A DNA stretch of 64,000 nt, taken from assembly GCA_964652265.1 (NCBI GenBank), contig CAZZAL010000001.1, positions 37,783 through 101,782 on the forward strand, read 5' to 3'. Of this stretch, positions 20,014-31,507 are shown one piece after another; the stretch's first letter is position 1; each line of letters opens with the position of its first letter. The notes beneath the pieces were generated by a model. It was not told the DNA's origin, made no database searches, and saw only the letters and a program-made list of their open reading frames with translations. This DNA is from an uncultured Planctomycetia bacterium (GTDB lineage Bacteria > Omnitrophota > Gorgyraeia > Gorgyraeales > Gorgyraeaceae). The translations under genes and the position numbers were made by a program.

Positions 20014-20298
20014 TTAGGTCTTGGCCTGAGATTGCTCTGTATGAGCTCCATGCTTCCTAAAGAGCCTGGTCGGAGAAAACTCACCCAGTTTATGACCTAC
20101 CATATTCTCTGTGATGAAGACCGGTATAAATTTCCTGCCGTTATAAATCGACATGGTCTGCCCTACGAATTCCGGAAGGATAGTGGACCTGCGGGACCAT
20201 GTCTTTATAGGCTTTCTGTCCCTGGTCTTTATCGCATCCTGGACCTTTTTTACCAGCTTTTCATCTACAAATGGACCTTTTTTTAATGATCTTCCCAT
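20014..20298 (-). CDS. rpsS: 30S ribosomal protein S19
   Basis: 94 aa. [12 protein letters not shown]. Confidence 0.93.
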   Translation of the reverse strand: MGRSLKKGPFVDEKLVKKVQDAIKTRDRKPIKTWSRRSTILPEFVGQTMSIYNGRKFIPVFITENMVGHKLGEFSPTRLFRKHGAHTEQSQAKT

Positions 20299-20304
20299 AT
20301 CTTA

Positions 20305-21147
20305 TCACTCACCCACTATTTTACTTCTTCTGTGTTTAACAATATAACGATCTGATGATTTCGTCTTTCTTGTCTTCAATCCCTTTGACTTCTTTCCCTG
20401 CGGCGAACAAGGATGCCTTCCACCGGAAGACTTGCCTTCTCCTCCACCCATGGGATGGTCAACAGGATTCATTACAACGCCCCTTACCCTTGGCATGCGA
20501 CCCATCCACCTTGAACGGCCGGCCTTGCCAATAGAGATCGTGTTATGCTCGATGTTTCCAATTTGTCCTATTGTTGCCATGCAATCTAGATGCACTAGTC
20601 TGACTTCGCCTGAAGGAAGCTTGATATGAGCATATGGCTCTTCCTTTGCCAGTATCTGGGCATAGCCCCCTGCGCTTCTTACGATCTTGCCACCTCTGCC
20701 CTTGGAAAGTTCCAGATTATGCACAGGTGTCCCTGCTGGCACGTTTCTAAGCGGCATTGAGTTTCCTGTCTTGATCTCAGCTTCGGTCCTACTTGAAATT
20801 ATGACATCGCCTACAGCAAGTCCTGCAGGCCAAAGGATATACCTTCTTTCTTTATCATCGTACTCCAAGAGAGCGATCCTTGAAGAACGATTAGGATCAT
20901 ATTCAATACTCAGGACCTTTGCCGGGGAGTCCACCTTATCCCTTTTAAAATCTATTATCCTGTATTTCTTCTTATGACCGCCTCCCCTGAACCTAGATGT
21001 GATGCGACCCTGTGAGTTTCTGCCGCCAGTCCTTTTTAACGGCTCTGTAAGAGACTTCTCTGGACGGTCTTTTGTGATCTCTTTAAAATCAGAGAGCACT
21101 GTCCATCTGAGACTAGGAGTTCGCGGTTTATACTGTTTTATACCCAT
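20305..21147 (-). CDS. rplB: 50S ribosomal protein L2
   Basis: 280 aa. [13 protein letters not shown]...[14 protein letters not shown]. Confidence 0.94.
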   Translation of the reverse strand: MGIKQYKPRTPSLRWTVLSDFKEITKDRPEKSLTEPLKRTGGRNSQGRITSRFRGGGHKKKYRIIDFKRDKVDSPAKVLSIEYDPNRSSRIALLEYDDKERRYILWPAGLAVGDVIISSRTEAEIKTGNSMPLRNVPAGTPVHNLELSKGRGGKIVRSAGGYAQILAKEEPYAHIKLPSGEVRLVHLDCMATIGQIGNIEHNTISIGKAGRSRWMGRMPRVRGVVMNPVDHPMGGGEGKSSGGRHPCSPQGKKSKGLKTRKTKSSDRYIVKHRRSKIVGE

Positions 21148-21158
21148 CTTAATTACCC

Positions 21159-21443
21159 TTAAGTAGTTGCAACGTCTATCCTGTCGCCCTGTTTAAGCGT
21201 CACGATTGCCTTTTTCCAATCCGGGGTCTTGCCTTCCTTGTATCTTAATCTTTTCCACTTGCCCTGCACCTTTATAGTGTTGACCTTTACTACCTTGACG
21301 TTGTACACATCTTCCACGGCCTGCTTTATCTGGACCTTGTTCGAGTCCACCGAAACATTAAAAAGATATTTATTCTCGGCCAGCATGCCAGAGCCTTTTT
21401 CTGTCCTTAATATATTTTTTAATACATCGTATGATGTCTTCAT
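21159..21443 (-). CDS. rplW: 50S ribosomal protein L23
   Basis: 94 aa. [21 protein letters not shown]. Confidence 0.9.
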   Translation of the reverse strand: MKTSYDVLKNILRTEKGSGMLAENKYLFNVSVDSNKVQIKQAVEDVYNVKVVKVNTIKVQGKWKRLRYKEGKTPDWKKAIVTLKQGDRIDVATT

Positions 21444-22126
21444 TTTTTAAATCTCTTAACGATAGCGTTGTGCGTCTCCCTTGAAAAAAGTATCCTTGAA
21501 TTCAAAAGCACGTCATGTGCGTTAAAATCATCGCTTGATCTCAAGGTCAATTTTTTGATGTTCCTGCAAGAGCGTACCAGATTCTGGTCTGGCTTAGAGC
21601 AAAGAAGAAGATTTCTCCGCTCAGAGATCTTAAGGGCTGTCAGTATCTTCGCTATGTCCTTTGTCTTTGGTTGTTTGAGCACAGGGTCTCCCTCCAGCAC
21701 CATTATCTCCTTATCCCTTGTCTTTGCGCTAAGGCTTGATGTGATAGCTGTCTTTTTTGCGCGTTTCGGGATAGTAAAGCTAAAATCCCTTGGATGCGGT
21801 CCGAAGACAACGCCTCCGGCCCTCCACAAAGGAGACCTTATTGAGCCGACCCTTGCCCTGCCAGTACCTTTCTGCCTCCACGGCTTTTTCCCTCCGCCGC
21901 GCACATCTGCCCTCGTCTTAGTGGAGGCATTGCCCTGCCTGAGGTTTGCCATGTACATCAAGCTAATCTCATGCAGAAGCCCTTTGCGTACTTTAGTATT
22001 AAAGACAACCGGGTCCAGCTTAAACTTGTCCACCTTTTTCCCTGAAAGGCTATAGACGTCGACCACTGGTATATTGTCTTTTTTCTCTGTATGTTTTTTT
22101 ACTATCTTCTTTTTTGCTGTAGTCAT
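21440..22126 (-). CDS. rplD: 50S ribosomal protein L4 (Lys-rich N-terminus)
   Basis: GGGKKPWRQKGTGRARVGSIRSPLWRAGG core. The first ATG (22159) overlaps rplC by 32 nt. An ATG at 22124-22126, 2 nt from the rplC stop, is the more likely start. Confidence 0.88.
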   Translation of the reverse strand: MTTAKKKIVKKHTEKKDNIPVVDVYSLSGKKVDKFKLDPVVFNTKVRKGLLHEISLMYMANLRQGNASTKTRADVRGGGKKPWRQKGTGRARVGSIRSPLWRAGGVVFGPHPRDFSFTIPKRAKKTAITSSLSAKTRDKEIMVLEGDPVLKQPKTKDIAKILTALKISERRNLLLCSKPDQNLVRSCRNIKKLTLRSSDDFNAHDVLLNSRILFSRETHNAIVKRFKK

Positions 22127-22127
22127 A

Positions 22128-22817
22128 TTATTTCTTTTCTGATTTGGCGGCCTGAGCATTTGAAGGTTTTTCCTCTTTGGCGCCTTGTTCTTTTTGCCTT
22201 ATAACAGGCTTCTTTTTTGCTATCTTTATCTCCAAGTAACTATTGTCTGCCCCAGGCACAGGTCCTTTTACCAACATCATGTTTTTTTCCTTGTATATCT
22301 TTATTACCTCGAGATTTTGGACTGTCTTTCTTTTATTACCCATGCGACCAGGTAAGTGCAGGCCTTTCCAGACCCTGGAAGGATAACTTGATCCTCCTAT
22401 AGAGCCTACTCTACGATGATGCATGCCTCCGTGGCTCTTAGGTCCTCCTGCCCAGCCCCATCTTTTTACGCCTCCCTGAAACCCCTTACCCTTTGATGTG
22501 CCAGATATATCAACAAAATCCTTTTCCCTGAAAATATCTACTGTTATCTTTCCTCCGACATTGACATTGTCTCCAGTGTCAAAGGCTAGCTCTTTTACGA
22601 CTGCACATGGGCTTGTGCTTGCCTTCTTATAAAGCCCCATCTCTTGCATGCTTGTATTCTTTTCCTTTTTACTTCCAAAACCGAGCAAGACCTTGCCTTC
22701 GTCTACCTTTAATATAGTACATGGGCCTACCTCTATTACAGTCACAGGCACAAAAGTCCCGTCCTCTGTAAAGATCTGAGTCATACCTAATTTCCTGCCC
22801 AATAAGCCTATCTTCAT
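22128..22817 (-). CDS. rplC: 50S ribosomal protein L3 with Lys-rich C-terminal tail
   Basis: 229 aa. MTQIFTEDGTFVPVTVIEVGPC. Confidence 0.92.
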   Translation of the reverse strand: MKIGLLGRKLGMTQIFTEDGTFVPVTVIEVGPCTILKVDEGKVLLGFGSKKEKNTSMQEMGLYKKASTSPCAVVKELAFDTGDNVNVGGKITVDIFREKDFVDISGTSKGKGFQGGVKRWGWAGGPKSHGGMHHRRVGSIGGSSYPSRVWKGLHLPGRMGNKRKTVQNLEVIKIYKEKNMMLVKGPVPGADNSYLEIKIAKKKPVIRQKEQGAKEEKPSNAQAAKSEKK

Positions 22818-22875
22818 ATGCTTTCTTCCCTTTTAACTTGAGGCTTCCGGCAATACGGGAATCCTCGAGTCAGGA

Positions 22876-23187
22876 TTATTTTATCTCAACGAACACGCCA
22901 GCTGGCAAATCCAGCTTTCGCAGGGCATCGATCGTCTTAGCAGTCGGGCTGATAATATCTATCAATCTCTTGTGCGTCTTCATCTGAAACTGCTCCCTGG
23001 ATTTTTTGTCTACATGAGGGCCTCTGAGCACTGTAAAGATCTCCCTCTTCGTAGGTAAAGGTACAGGGCCTGAGACTGTTGCGCCTGTGCGCTTCGCTGT
23101 ATCCACTATCTCTATAGCAGATTGATCCAGGAGTTTAAAATCATACCCTTGTAATTTTATACGGATCTTCTGAGCCTGCTGTGGCAT
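22876..23187 (-). CDS. rpsJ: 30S ribosomal protein S10
   Basis: 103 aa. [17 protein letters not shown]. Confidence 0.93.
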   Translation of the reverse strand: MPQQAQKIRIKLQGYDFKLLDQSAIEIVDTAKRTGATVSGPVPLPTKREIFTVLRGPHVDKKSREQFQMKTHKRLIDIISPTAKTIDALRKLDLPAGVFVEIK

Positions 23188-24413
23188 CTCTACTCCATTT
23201 AGGCGATTACTTCAGATACAACGCCTGCACCTACTGTATGTCCGCCTTCGCGTATTGCAAACCTTAGTTCTTTTTCCATTGCGATAGGGGTTATTAGTTC
23301 GACTTCCATCTCTACGTTATCACCAGGCATTACCATCTCTGTACCGGCAGGTAATGTTGCTACTCCTGTGACATCAGTCGTCCTGAAGTAAAACTGTGGA
23401 CGATATCCCTTGAAGAACGGTGTGTGGCGGCCGCCTTCTTCTTTTGTCAATACGTATACTTTTGCTTTGAATTTTGTGTGGGGTGTGATTGAACCTGGTT
23501 TTGCCAGGACGTGTCCTCGCTCGAGGTCCTTTTTTTCAATGCCTCGTAGGAGTACTCCTACGTTGTCGCCGGCGCGGCCTTCATCCAGGAGCTTCCTGAA
23601 CATCTCAACGCCTGTTACGACTGTCTTTTTGGCCTTTTCCATCAAGCCTACTATCTCTACTTCTTCGCCTACTTTTATTATGCCTCGTTCTATTCTTCCT
23701 GTGCCTACTGTGCCTCGGCCGGTGATCGAGAATACATCTTCTACTGCCATCAAGAAGGGTTTTTCAATGTCTCTTTTTGGCTCTGGGATGTAAGAATCGA
23801 CCTGCTTCATCAACTCAAAGATAGGGCTGCAGGCCTTACAATCATCTTTTCCGCAGCCGCAGTTCATTGCATTAAGGGCAGATCCTTTTACAATAGGGAT
23901 CTTGTCTCCTGGGAATTCATATTTTGTTAAGAGATCTCTTACTTCCAGGTCAACCAGATCTAAGAGTTCTGCATCATCTACTGCATCGCATTTATTTAAG
24001 AATACTACTATGGCTGGAACGCCTACCTGGCGGGCTAAGAGGATGTGTTCACGGGTCTGCGGCATTGGGCCGTCTACAGCTGATACAACGAGTATCGCAC
24101 CATCCATCTGTGCAGAACCTGTTATCATGTTCTTGATATAGTCTGCGTGGCCTGGGCAATCTACGTGGGCGTAGTGGCGTGCCTCTGTTGTATATTCTGC
24201 GTGGTGGACGTTTATGGTCACGCCTCGCTCTTTTTCCTCGGGGGCGTTATCGATCTCATCAAAGGCCTTTGCCTGGGCTAAGCCCTTTGTTGCCAAGCAC
24301 TTTGTGATGCTTGATGTGAGTGTGGTCTTGCCATGGTCCACGTGTCCTATTGTGCCTATGTTTACGTGAGGTTTAGTGCGTTGGAATTTTTCCTTTGCCA
24401 TTTTACCCTCCTG
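23183..24413 (-). repeat. direct repeat, copy A (tuf plus flanks), about 1.23 kb near-identical to 38670..39902
   Basis: Nucleotide identity by eye from GGCATCTCTACTCCATTTAGGCGA (includes the ATGCC start of the downstream gene) through the Shine-Dalgarno CCCAGGAGGGTAAAATG upstream of tuf. Confidence 0.85.
23199..24401 (-). CDS. tuf: elongation factor Tu (copy 1, str operon)
   Basis: 400 aa. [21 protein letters not shown] GTPase motifs. Carries an [12 protein letters not shown] insertion in domain I. Confidence 0.95.
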   Translation of the reverse strand: MAKEKFQRTKPHVNIGTIGHVDHGKTTLTSSITKCLATKGLAQAKAFDEIDNAPEEKERGVTINVHHAEYTTEARHYAHVDCPGHADYIKNMITGSAQMDGAILVVSAVDGPMPQTREHILLARQVGVPAIVVFLNKCDAVDDAELLDLVDLEVRDLLTKYEFPGDKIPIVKGSALNAMNCGCGKDDCKACSPIFELMKQVDSYIPEPKRDIEKPFLMAVEDVFSITGRGTVGTGRIERGIIKVGEEVEIVGLMEKAKKTVVTGVEMFRKLLDEGRAGDNVGVLLRGIEKKDLERGHVLAKPGSITPHTKFKAKVYVLTKEEGGRHTPFFKGYRPQFYFRTTDVTGVATLPAGTEMVMPGDNVEMEVELITPIAMEKELRFAIREGGHTVGAGVVSEVIA

Positions 24414-24415
24414 GG

Positions 24416-26524
24416 TTATCTTTTTATTATCTTATCTACTATATTTAAAGGTACTTCCGCATAATGCGAAGGCTCCATTGTATATGAAGCCCGTCCCTGT
24501 GTCAAGCTTCTTATCGCTGTTGCATAGCCAAACATCTCTGCAAGCGGAGCATCACACTTCACAGCCTTTGCATTGCCTCTTTGCGATATGTCATGGATCT
24601 TGCATCGCCTGGAATTTAGATCTCCTATGACATCTCCCATGTATTGCTCAGGGAAAATAACCTCAAGCGCCATAATAGGTTCCATCAGCCTGCAACGCGC
24701 TTTTCTTAAACCCTCAGTAAAGGCAATCGACCCTGCCATCTTAAATGCCAATTCAGAAGAATCTACCTCATGAAAAGAACCGTCTATCAGCATGACCTCT
24801 GTGTCTATGACAGGATATCCTGCCAACACACCTGTCTTTGAAGTCTCATGGATCCCCTTCTTTACAGCAGGTATATACTCCCTTGGTATAGCACCGCCAA
24901 TGATCTTATTTTTAAACTCAATACCTGTGCCTGGTTCGCCTGGTTTCAGGATAATAACTGCGTGTCCGTATTGACCGTGACCGCCTGTCTGCTGTATGAA
25001 TTTACCAACAGCCCTTGTTTCCTGAGTAGGTCTCTCTTTGTAAGCGACCTGCGGAGTGCCGGTCCTTGTCCCTACCTTAAATTCGCGAGATAACCTGTCA
25101 GTGATTATCTCGAGATGAAGCTCTCCCATGCCAGATATGAGCGTCTGCCCTGTCTCTGTATTATACTTTACCTTAAAAGTAGGGTCCTCTTCCTGTAATT
25201 TATTCAATGCTAGACCGAGCTTATCCTGGTCGACCTTTGTTGCTGGCTCGATCGCCATAGACACGACTGGCTCTGGAAAATGTATCTTCTCCAGGATTAT
25301 AGGATAATCCTCTGCGCACAGCGTATCGCCTGTCTGCGCGTTCTTGAGCCCTACCACCCCTACTATATCACCCGCGCCTGCCTCTTCTACGATCTCCTGC
25401 TTGTTGGCATGCATGCGGACAATCTTGCTCAGTCGATCTCTCTGGCTGCGGCTAATATTGTATACGTATGAACTCTTTTTTACTGTTCCTGAATATATCC
25501 TTATATAAGTCAAGCGGCCTACGTAAGGGTCTGTGGCAATCTTAAAGCAAAGCGCGGAAAATGGTTCATCATCATCTGTCTTCCTGAATATCTCCTCGTC
25601 TGAATCAGGCTCAATACCTTTTACGGGAAGTATATCCAGAGGTGACGGTAAATATTCGCACACCGCGTCAAGTAACATCTGTACGCCCTTGTTCTTAAAT
25701 GCTGCACCGCAAAATATCGGTACAAACATATCCTTTAGGACTGCCTTACGCAGTGCGGAGCGTATCTCAGGTTCGCTTATGTCTTCGTCGTGCACATATT
25801 TGTCCATTAGCTGCGCATCATGCTCTGCTAATTTTTCAATAAGGTCATGCCTGAAAAGCTTTGCCTCTTCTATTATTTCCTCGGGTATCGGCGCTTCTTT
25901 AAAATTGTCGTCTATCTTGTCCTCTTCGAAAAAACGCGCCTTCATCTCCACCAAATCGATTATGCCTTTAAAATCCGCCTCGCTTCCGATCGGAAGCTGC
26001 ACTGGAAAAGCACTCGCTCCAAGCTTTTCTTCCATATCCTTTACGACATTTAGAAAATTCGCGCCCACGCGGTCCATCTTGTTTACAAACGCTATCCTTG
26101 GTACCTTGTACCTCTCTGCCTGGCGCCATACTGTCTCTGACTGCGGCTGTACCCCGCCAACGCCACAAAATACTACGACTGCCCCATCGAGAACCTTTAA
26201 AGACCTCTCGACCTCTGCTGTAAAATCCACGTGGCCTGGTGTATCGATGATGTTGATCCTGCAGTCGCGCCAGTTACAGCTCGTTGCCGCTGCTGTAATA
26301 GTGATGCCGCGCTCCTGCTCCTGGGCCATCCAATCCATCGTAGCAGTGCCTTCGTGGACCTCGCCGAGCTTATAGAGCTTGCCTGTGTAATATAGCATGC
26401 GCTCTGTCGTGGTAGTCTTTCCAGCATCTATATGAGCAATAATCCCGATGTTCCTTAATTTTTGTAAGGGTATCTCTCTTATCATACGCCTCTTATTTGC
26501 CTTCTCTCGCGTTGCTACTGCCAT
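24416..26524 (-). CDS. fusA: elongation factor G
   Basis: 702 aa. [20 protein letters not shown], five-domain EF-G. Confidence 0.95.
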   Translation of the reverse strand: MAVATREKANKRRMIREIPLQKLRNIGIIAHIDAGKTTTTERMLYYTGKLYKLGEVHEGTATMDWMAQEQERGITITAAATSCNWRDCRINIIDTPGHVDFTAEVERSLKVLDGAVVVFCGVGGVQPQSETVWRQAERYKVPRIAFVNKMDRVGANFLNVVKDMEEKLGASAFPVQLPIGSEADFKGIIDLVEMKARFFEEDKIDDNFKEAPIPEEIIEEAKLFRHDLIEKLAEHDAQLMDKYVHDEDISEPEIRSALRKAVLKDMFVPIFCGAAFKNKGVQMLLDAVCEYLPSPLDILPVKGIEPDSDEEIFRKTDDDEPFSALCFKIATDPYVGRLTYIRIYSGTVKKSSYVYNISRSQRDRLSKIVRMHANKQEIVEEAGAGDIVGVVGLKNAQTGDTLCAEDYPIILEKIHFPEPVVSMAIEPATKVDQDKLGLALNKLQEEDPTFKVKYNTETGQTLISGMGELHLEIITDRLSREFKVGTRTGTPQVAYKERPTQETRAVGKFIQQTGGHGQYGHAVIILKPGEPGTGIEFKNKIIGGAIPREYIPAVKKGIHETSKTGVLAGYPVIDTEVMLIDGSFHEVDSSELAFKMAGSIAFTEGLRKARCRLMEPIMALEVIFPEQYMGDVIGDLNSRRCKIHDISQRGNAKAVKCDAPLAEMFGYATAIRSLTQGRASYTMEPSHYAEVPLNIVDKIIKR

Positions 26525-26553
26525 TGCTTGATCTCATTCCTTTCATACCAATC

Positions 26554-27024
26554 CTACCATCTGTAATGCGCAAAGGCCTTGTTGGCCTCTGCCATTCTGT
26601 GCATATCTTCTCGTTTCTTAACTGCAGAACCCTGGTTTTTATACGCTTCGATTATCTCGTTCGCAAGTTTCTCATTCATGGCCTTGCCTTTTTTCTGTCT
26701 TGCGAAATCCCGCAGCCACCTCATCGCAATAGAGACGCCCCTGTCGCTTTTTACCTCGATAGGCACCTGATAGGTCGCACCCCCTACCCTCCTCGGCTTG
26801 ATCTCCAGAAGAGGCCTGGAGTTATCTATTGCCTTCTGCAATACCTCCAAGGCATTCTCATTACCTGTTTTTTTAGTTACCTCGTCAAGTGCGCTATACA
26901 TTATACTCTCTGCAATAGAGCGCTTTCCGTCTATCATCACCACATTGATGAACCTTGATATAAGTTTACTGTTAAATTTTGGATCAGGTAATACGTCTCG
27001 TCCTTCTGCTCGTCTCCTTCGCAT
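26554..27024 (-). CDS. rpsG: 30S ribosomal protein S7
   Basis: 156 aa. [17 protein letters not shown]. Confidence 0.93.
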   Translation of the reverse strand: MRRRRAEGRDVLPDPKFNSKLISRFINVVMIDGKRSIAESIMYSALDEVTKKTGNENALEVLQKAIDNSRPLLEIKPRRVGGATYQVPIEVKSDRGVSIAMRWLRDFARQKKGKAMNEKLANEIIEAYKNQGSAVKKREDMHRMAEANKAFAHYRW

Positions 27025-27076
27025 CGATCTCTCCTCTTACTTGTCAAAGATTTAAGCCTTTGACAAATGAATAAAA

Positions 27077-27451
27077 TTACGCCTTCGGGCGTTTAGAGCC
27101 ATATTTTGAACGGCTCTTTTTTCTGTTCGCTACACCTGCTGTATCAAGCGTGCCTCTTACGATATGGTATCTCACTCCAGGAAGATCCTTTACCCTGCCT
27201 CCCCTGATCAAGACTATTGAATGCTCTTGAAGGTTATGGCCCTCTCCCGGAATATAAGATGTGACCTCGATACCATTTGTCAACCTGACCCTTGCGACCT
27301 TTCTCAATGCAGAGTTAGGCTTCTTTGGCGTCTGCGTCTTTACCTGTAAACATACGCCTCGTTTCTGTGGGCAACCCTCAAGCGCTCGCGACTTTGTCTT
27401 TCTGTTCTTTTTATTCCTGCCGTATCGTATTAATTGACTTATTGAAGGCAT
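27077..27451 (-). CDS. rpsL: 30S ribosomal protein S12
   Basis: 124 aa. [19 protein letters not shown]. The start codon lies 2 nt after the rpoC stop. Confidence 0.94.
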   Translation of the reverse strand: MPSISQLIRYGRNKKNRKTKSRALEGCPQKRGVCLQVKTQTPKKPNSALRKVARVRLTNGIEVTSYIPGEGHNLQEHSIVLIRGGRVKDLPGVRYHIVRGTLDTAGVANRKKSRSKYGSKRPKA

Positions 27452-27453
27452 GT

Positions 27454-30400
27454 CTATTTATCCTCTTTTTTCTTGTCTTTTTTCGGCTCCACTACCTCTT
27501 TTACCATCTCTACATCACTATGGGTCTTAAACCCTGTCCCTGCTGGAATAAGATGACCCATGATCACATTTTCCTTCAGACCCCTGAGCGGGTCTATCCT
27601 TCCGCTCGCAGCAGCCTCTGTCAAAACGCGCGTTGTCTCCTGGAAGCTCGCCGCTGAAATAAAACTCTCTGTGCCAAGTGATGCCTTTGTGATACCCAGG
27701 AGTATCGGTGTTGCACTGGCAGGCTTTTTCTTTTTCTTTGACACCCTAAGATTTTCTTCCTGAAAAATAGCCTTGTCGACCTGAATACCGGTTATAAATT
27801 CTGTATCTCCTGAATCCTCCACTCTGACCTTCTTGAGCATCTGTTTTACTATGATCTCTATATGCTTGTCGTTTATCTTGACTCCCTGCAGCCTATAGAC
27901 CTCCTGCACCTCGTTGACCAGATACTCCTGCAGCCTTTTTTCACCGCTTACCTTTAATATATCCTGAGGGTTTATAGGACCATCCACAAGCTGCTCGCCT
28001 GTTGTAACCCTGTCACCTCTATATACATTTAAATGCTTGCCGTGCGGTATGATATATTCGCGCGTCATCCCGGAAGACGCCTTTACAATGATCCTTCTCT
28101 GGCCTTTCTTTGAAGTCGCAAATTCTACGATACCATCGATCTCGCTTATCATCGCCGGGTCTTTTGGTTTACGTGCCTCAAAAAGTTCTGCCACACGCGG
28201 CAATCCTCCTGTAATATCCTTTGTCTTGCTTACCTGCCTCGGGGTCTTGGCAATGAGCTCGCCACCCTTTATTGACTCTCCATCCTGACACACGATATGT
28301 GCGCCCGCAGGTATAGGATATATCGCCACCACCTGTTTCTTGTCATTCTCGATGACTATCTGTGGATGGTATTCGCCCCTGTGCTCTATGATAACACGGC
28401 CTGTGCGCCCCGTTGCTTCGTCCACCTCTTCTACCATCGTCACTTCTTCTATGATATCCTCGTACCTTACCTTTCCGCTGACCTCTGTCAATATAGGCGA
28501 TGTATAAGGATCCCACTTTATAAAGATGACATTTTTGTCAACCACTCCTCCGTCTTTTACAGACAATGCAGAACCTGAAGGCACTGTGTGCTTTTCAAGC
28601 TCCCTGCCGTCTTTATCGTTTATGCTTATCTGGCCATTGCGGTTTAAGACTATGTTGTCACCTGACTCCTGTTGCACTATCTTCAGGTTGTGATATCTTA
28701 CAATACCTTTTGACTTGGACTTGATAAACGATTGCTCGATGATCCTCGAGGCCGTACCGCCGATATGAAACGTTCTCATAGTAAGCTGCGTTCCTGGCTC
28801 GCCTATCGACTGCGCAGCGACAATACCTACGGCTGTGCCAAGTTCGACTATCTTTCCTGTCGCAAGGTCCCTGCCGTAACATTTCGCACACATACCATAC
28901 CTGGTCTCGCACGTAAGTGCGCTTCTTATCCTTATCTTTTCGATCCCCGCAGACTCTATTCGCTCGGCAGCTGCTTCATTTATCTCTATGCCTGCCTCTA
29001 CGATAATATCATCGGTGATAATATCAACGATATTGTCCACTGCGACCCTGCCTATGATCCTTTCTCTTAGAGGAACGACCTCTTCATCTGCCTCGATTAT
29101 TGCGCTTATAAGTATGCCGTTCAGCGTACCGCAATCTTCTTCCCTCACGATAACATCCTGGGCCACGTCAACCAGCCTCCTGGTAAGATAACCAGAATCA
29201 GCTGTCTTAAGCGCAGTATCTGCCAGGCCTTTTCTTGCGCCGTGAGTCGATATAAAATATTCCAGAACGGTCAGACCTTCTTTAAAATTGGCGGTGATCG
29301 GAGTCTCGATGATCTCTCCGGAAGGCTTTGCCATAAGGCCTCGCATCCCCGAGAGCTGCCTGATCTGCTGCTTTGAGCCTCGCGCACCGGAATTTGCCAT
29401 CATATACACAGGGTTAAACACGTCCAGTTCCTTGAACAGCATATCCGAGACCTTGTCTGTCGCGTGCGTCCATATATCAATGATTTTATTATATCTTTCG
29501 CGCTCTGTTATGATGCCTTTTCTATACTGATCCTCTACAGAGTTGACCTCTTTTTTGGAATTCGCCAGTACCTTTTTCTTTTCGCTAGGTATATGCATGT
29601 CTTCCACTGAAATAGAGATACCTGCCTGAGTCGCATATTCAAAACCAAGTTTCTTAACGTCATCTAGAAGCTTTACAGTAACGTCGTGGCCGAATTGCTT
29701 ATAGCAATCAGCAATGACTTTACTTAAGACTGACTTTTCAAGTACATTATTAACAAAGGGCATGCCCTTTGGCAAAACAGCGTTAAAAATAATCCTGCCT
29801 GCAGTCGTCTCCAGCATTTTTTTTCCGATCCTGACCTTGATCTTTGCATGAAGGACTATTTCATTATCAGAAAGTGCGAGCTCTGCCTCTCCGATGTCTG
29901 TAAATGCACGGCCTTCTCCTTTTACGCCAGGCTTTTCCTGTGTCAAGAAATAACAGCCCAATACTATATCCTGCGTAGGCGTTATAATGGGTCTTCCATC
30001 TGACGGTGAAAATATATTATTAGACGCAAGCATCAGAAGGCGTGATTCCATCTGGGCCTCCATGGACAAAGGCACATGAACCGCCATCTGGTCACCGTCA
30101 AAGTCAGCGTTGAACGCAGTACAGACTAACGGATGGATCCTGATCGCCTTGCCTTCCACAAGCACTGGCTGAAACGCCTGTATGCCGAGCCTGTGCAGGG
30201 TCGGCGCCCTATTCAAGAGCACTGGATGATCTTTTATGACATCATCAAGGATATCCCATACTTCCAACCGCGCTTTTTCCACCATACGTTTTGCGCTTTT
30301 TATTGTATGTACGAATCCTTTTTCTTTTAATTTTTTAATGATAAACGGCTCAAAAAGCTCGAGCGCCATCTTTTTCGGAAGCCCGCACTCCCATAATTTC

Positions 30401-31461
30401 AACTCAGGCCCGATGACTATAACGCTTCTGCCAGAATAATCCACACGCTTACCTAAAAGATTCTGTCTGAACCTTCCCTGCTTTCCTTTTAACATGTCAC
30501 TCAGGGATTTCAACGGTCTGCTCGCGGGGCCCAAAACAGGCCTGCCGTGCCTACCATTGTCAAAAAGTGCATCTACTGATTCCTGAAGCATGCGCTTCTC
30601 GTTCCTTACAATAATATCCGGGGCCTTGAGTTCCAAGAGCTTCTTTAACCGATTGTTGCGGTTTATTACCCTGCGATACAGGTCGTTCAAATCACTCGTG
30701 GCAAATCTGCCTCCCTCAAGGGGTACAAGCGGCCTCAGATCCGGCGGGATAACAGGTATGATATCCATTATCATCCACTCAGGCCTGTTGCCTGACTTTT
30801 TAAAGGCTTCTATTATCTTCAATCTTTTCAGGGTCTTACGCTTGGCCTGCTCGGACTTTTGTTCGTGTAAATCCATCTTCAGCTGCTTCATCATCGCGTC
30901 AGGATCTATTTCCTTTAAGAGCTCGCGTATACCTTCGGCCCCGATCATCGCCTTAAATTTAGAGCCATATTCCTCGACATGTTGCCTATATTTTTCCTCG
31001 TTTAAAAGTTCTTTTTTCTTAAGCGGTGAGTCGCCCGGATCGACAACTATATATTCCTCGTAATAGATGACCCTCTCGAGATCACGCAGTCCTATATTCA
31101 AAAGGAGTGACATGCGACTAGGCATTGCCTTAAAGAACCAGACATGTGAACACGGCGCTGCAAGGTTTATATGCGCCATCCTCTCCCGCCTGACCTTTGA
31201 TAACGTGACCTCTACTCCGCAACGGTCACAGACTATACCTTTATATTTGATACGCTTGTACTTCCCGCAGCTGCACTCCCAGTCACGGCTAGGTCCGAAT
31301 ATCTTCTCGCAAAAAAGTCCGTCTTTCTCTGGCCTGAGCGTCCTGTAATTAATAGTCTCGGGTTTTTTCACTTCACCCCTAGACCAGGACTTTATGACAT
31401 CAGCGGAAGCGATCTTTATCGATATAAAATCAAATACGTTCGTCTCTCTAGCGCCTATCAT
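27454..31461 (-). CDS. rpoC: DNA-directed RNA polymerase subunit beta prime
   Basis: 1335 aa. Zn finger CSCGKYK..CDRCG, catalytic NADFDGDQM. Confidence 0.95.
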   Translation of the reverse strand: MIGARETNVFDFISIKIASADVIKSWSRGEVKKPETINYRTLRPEKDGLFCEKIFGPSRDWECSCGKYKRIKYKGIVCDRCGVEVTLSKVRRERMAHINLAAPCSHVWFFKAMPSRMSLLLNIGLRDLERVIYYEEYIVVDPGDSPLKKKELLNEEKYRQHVEEYGSKFKAMIGAEGIRELLKEIDPDAMMKQLKMDLHEQKSEQAKRKTLKRLKIIEAFKKSGNRPEWMIMDIIPVIPPDLRPLVPLEGGRFATSDLNDLYRRVINRNNRLKKLLELKAPDIIVRNEKRMLQESVDALFDNGRHGRPVLGPASRPLKSLSDMLKGKQGRFRQNLLGKRVDYSGRSVIVIGPELKLWECGLPKKMALELFEPFIIKKLKEKGFVHTIKSAKRMVEKARLEVWDILDDVIKDHPVLLNRAPTLHRLGIQAFQPVLVEGKAIRIHPLVCTAFNADFDGDQMAVHVPLSMEAQMESRLLMLASNNIFSPSDGRPIITPTQDIVLGCYFLTQEKPGVKGEGRAFTDIGEAELALSDNEIVLHAKIKVRIGKKMLETTAGRIIFNAVLPKGMPFVNNVLEKSVLSKVIADCYKQFGHDVTVKLLDDVKKLGFEYATQAGISISVEDMHIPSEKKKVLANSKKEVNSVEDQYRKGIITERERYNKIIDIWTHATDKVSDMLFKELDVFNPVYMMANSGARGSKQQIRQLSGMRGLMAKPSGEIIETPITANFKEGLTVLEYFISTHGARKGLADTALKTADSGYLTRRLVDVAQDVIVREEDCGTLNGILISAIIEADEEVVPLRERIIGRVAVDNIVDIITDDIIVEAGIEINEAAAERIESAGIEKIRIRSALTCETRYGMCAKCYGRDLATGKIVELGTAVGIVAAQSIGEPGTQLTMRTFHIGGTASRIIEQSFIKSKSKGIVRYHNLKIVQQESGDNIVLNRNGQISINDKDGRELEKHTVPSGSALSVKDGGVVDKNVIFIKWDPYTSPILTEVSGKVRYEDIIEEVTMVEEVDEATGRTGRVIIEHRGEYHPQIVIENDKKQVVAIYPIPAGAHIVCQDGESIKGGELIAKTPRQVSKTKDITGGLPRVAELFEARKPKDPAMISEIDGIVEFATSKKGQRRIIVKASSGMTREYIIPHGKHLNVYRGDRVTTGEQLVDGPINPQDILKVSGEKRLQEYLVNEVQEVYRLQGVKINDKHIEIIVKQMLKKVRVEDSGDTEFITGIQVDKAIFQEENLRVSKKKKKPASATPILLGITKASLGTESFISAASFQETTRVLTEAAASGRIDPLRGLKENVIMGHLIPAGTGFKTHSDVEMVKEVVEPKKDKKKEDK

Positions 31462-31507
31462 ATCTCTCCTTCCCTGTTCAAGGCTCGACCTTAAACAAGG
31501 TATAGTA

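Noticed and set aside
25533-26375. 280-aa plus-strand Ser-rich ORF, and many other plus-strand ORFs of 60-220 aa (e.g. 971..1594, 9434..9988, 21468..22055, 57811..58479)
   Set aside because: All lie antisense within highly conserved minus-strand genes (fusA, lpd, rpsD, rplD, valS and so on). They have low-complexity composition and no start context. They are typical shadow ORFs.
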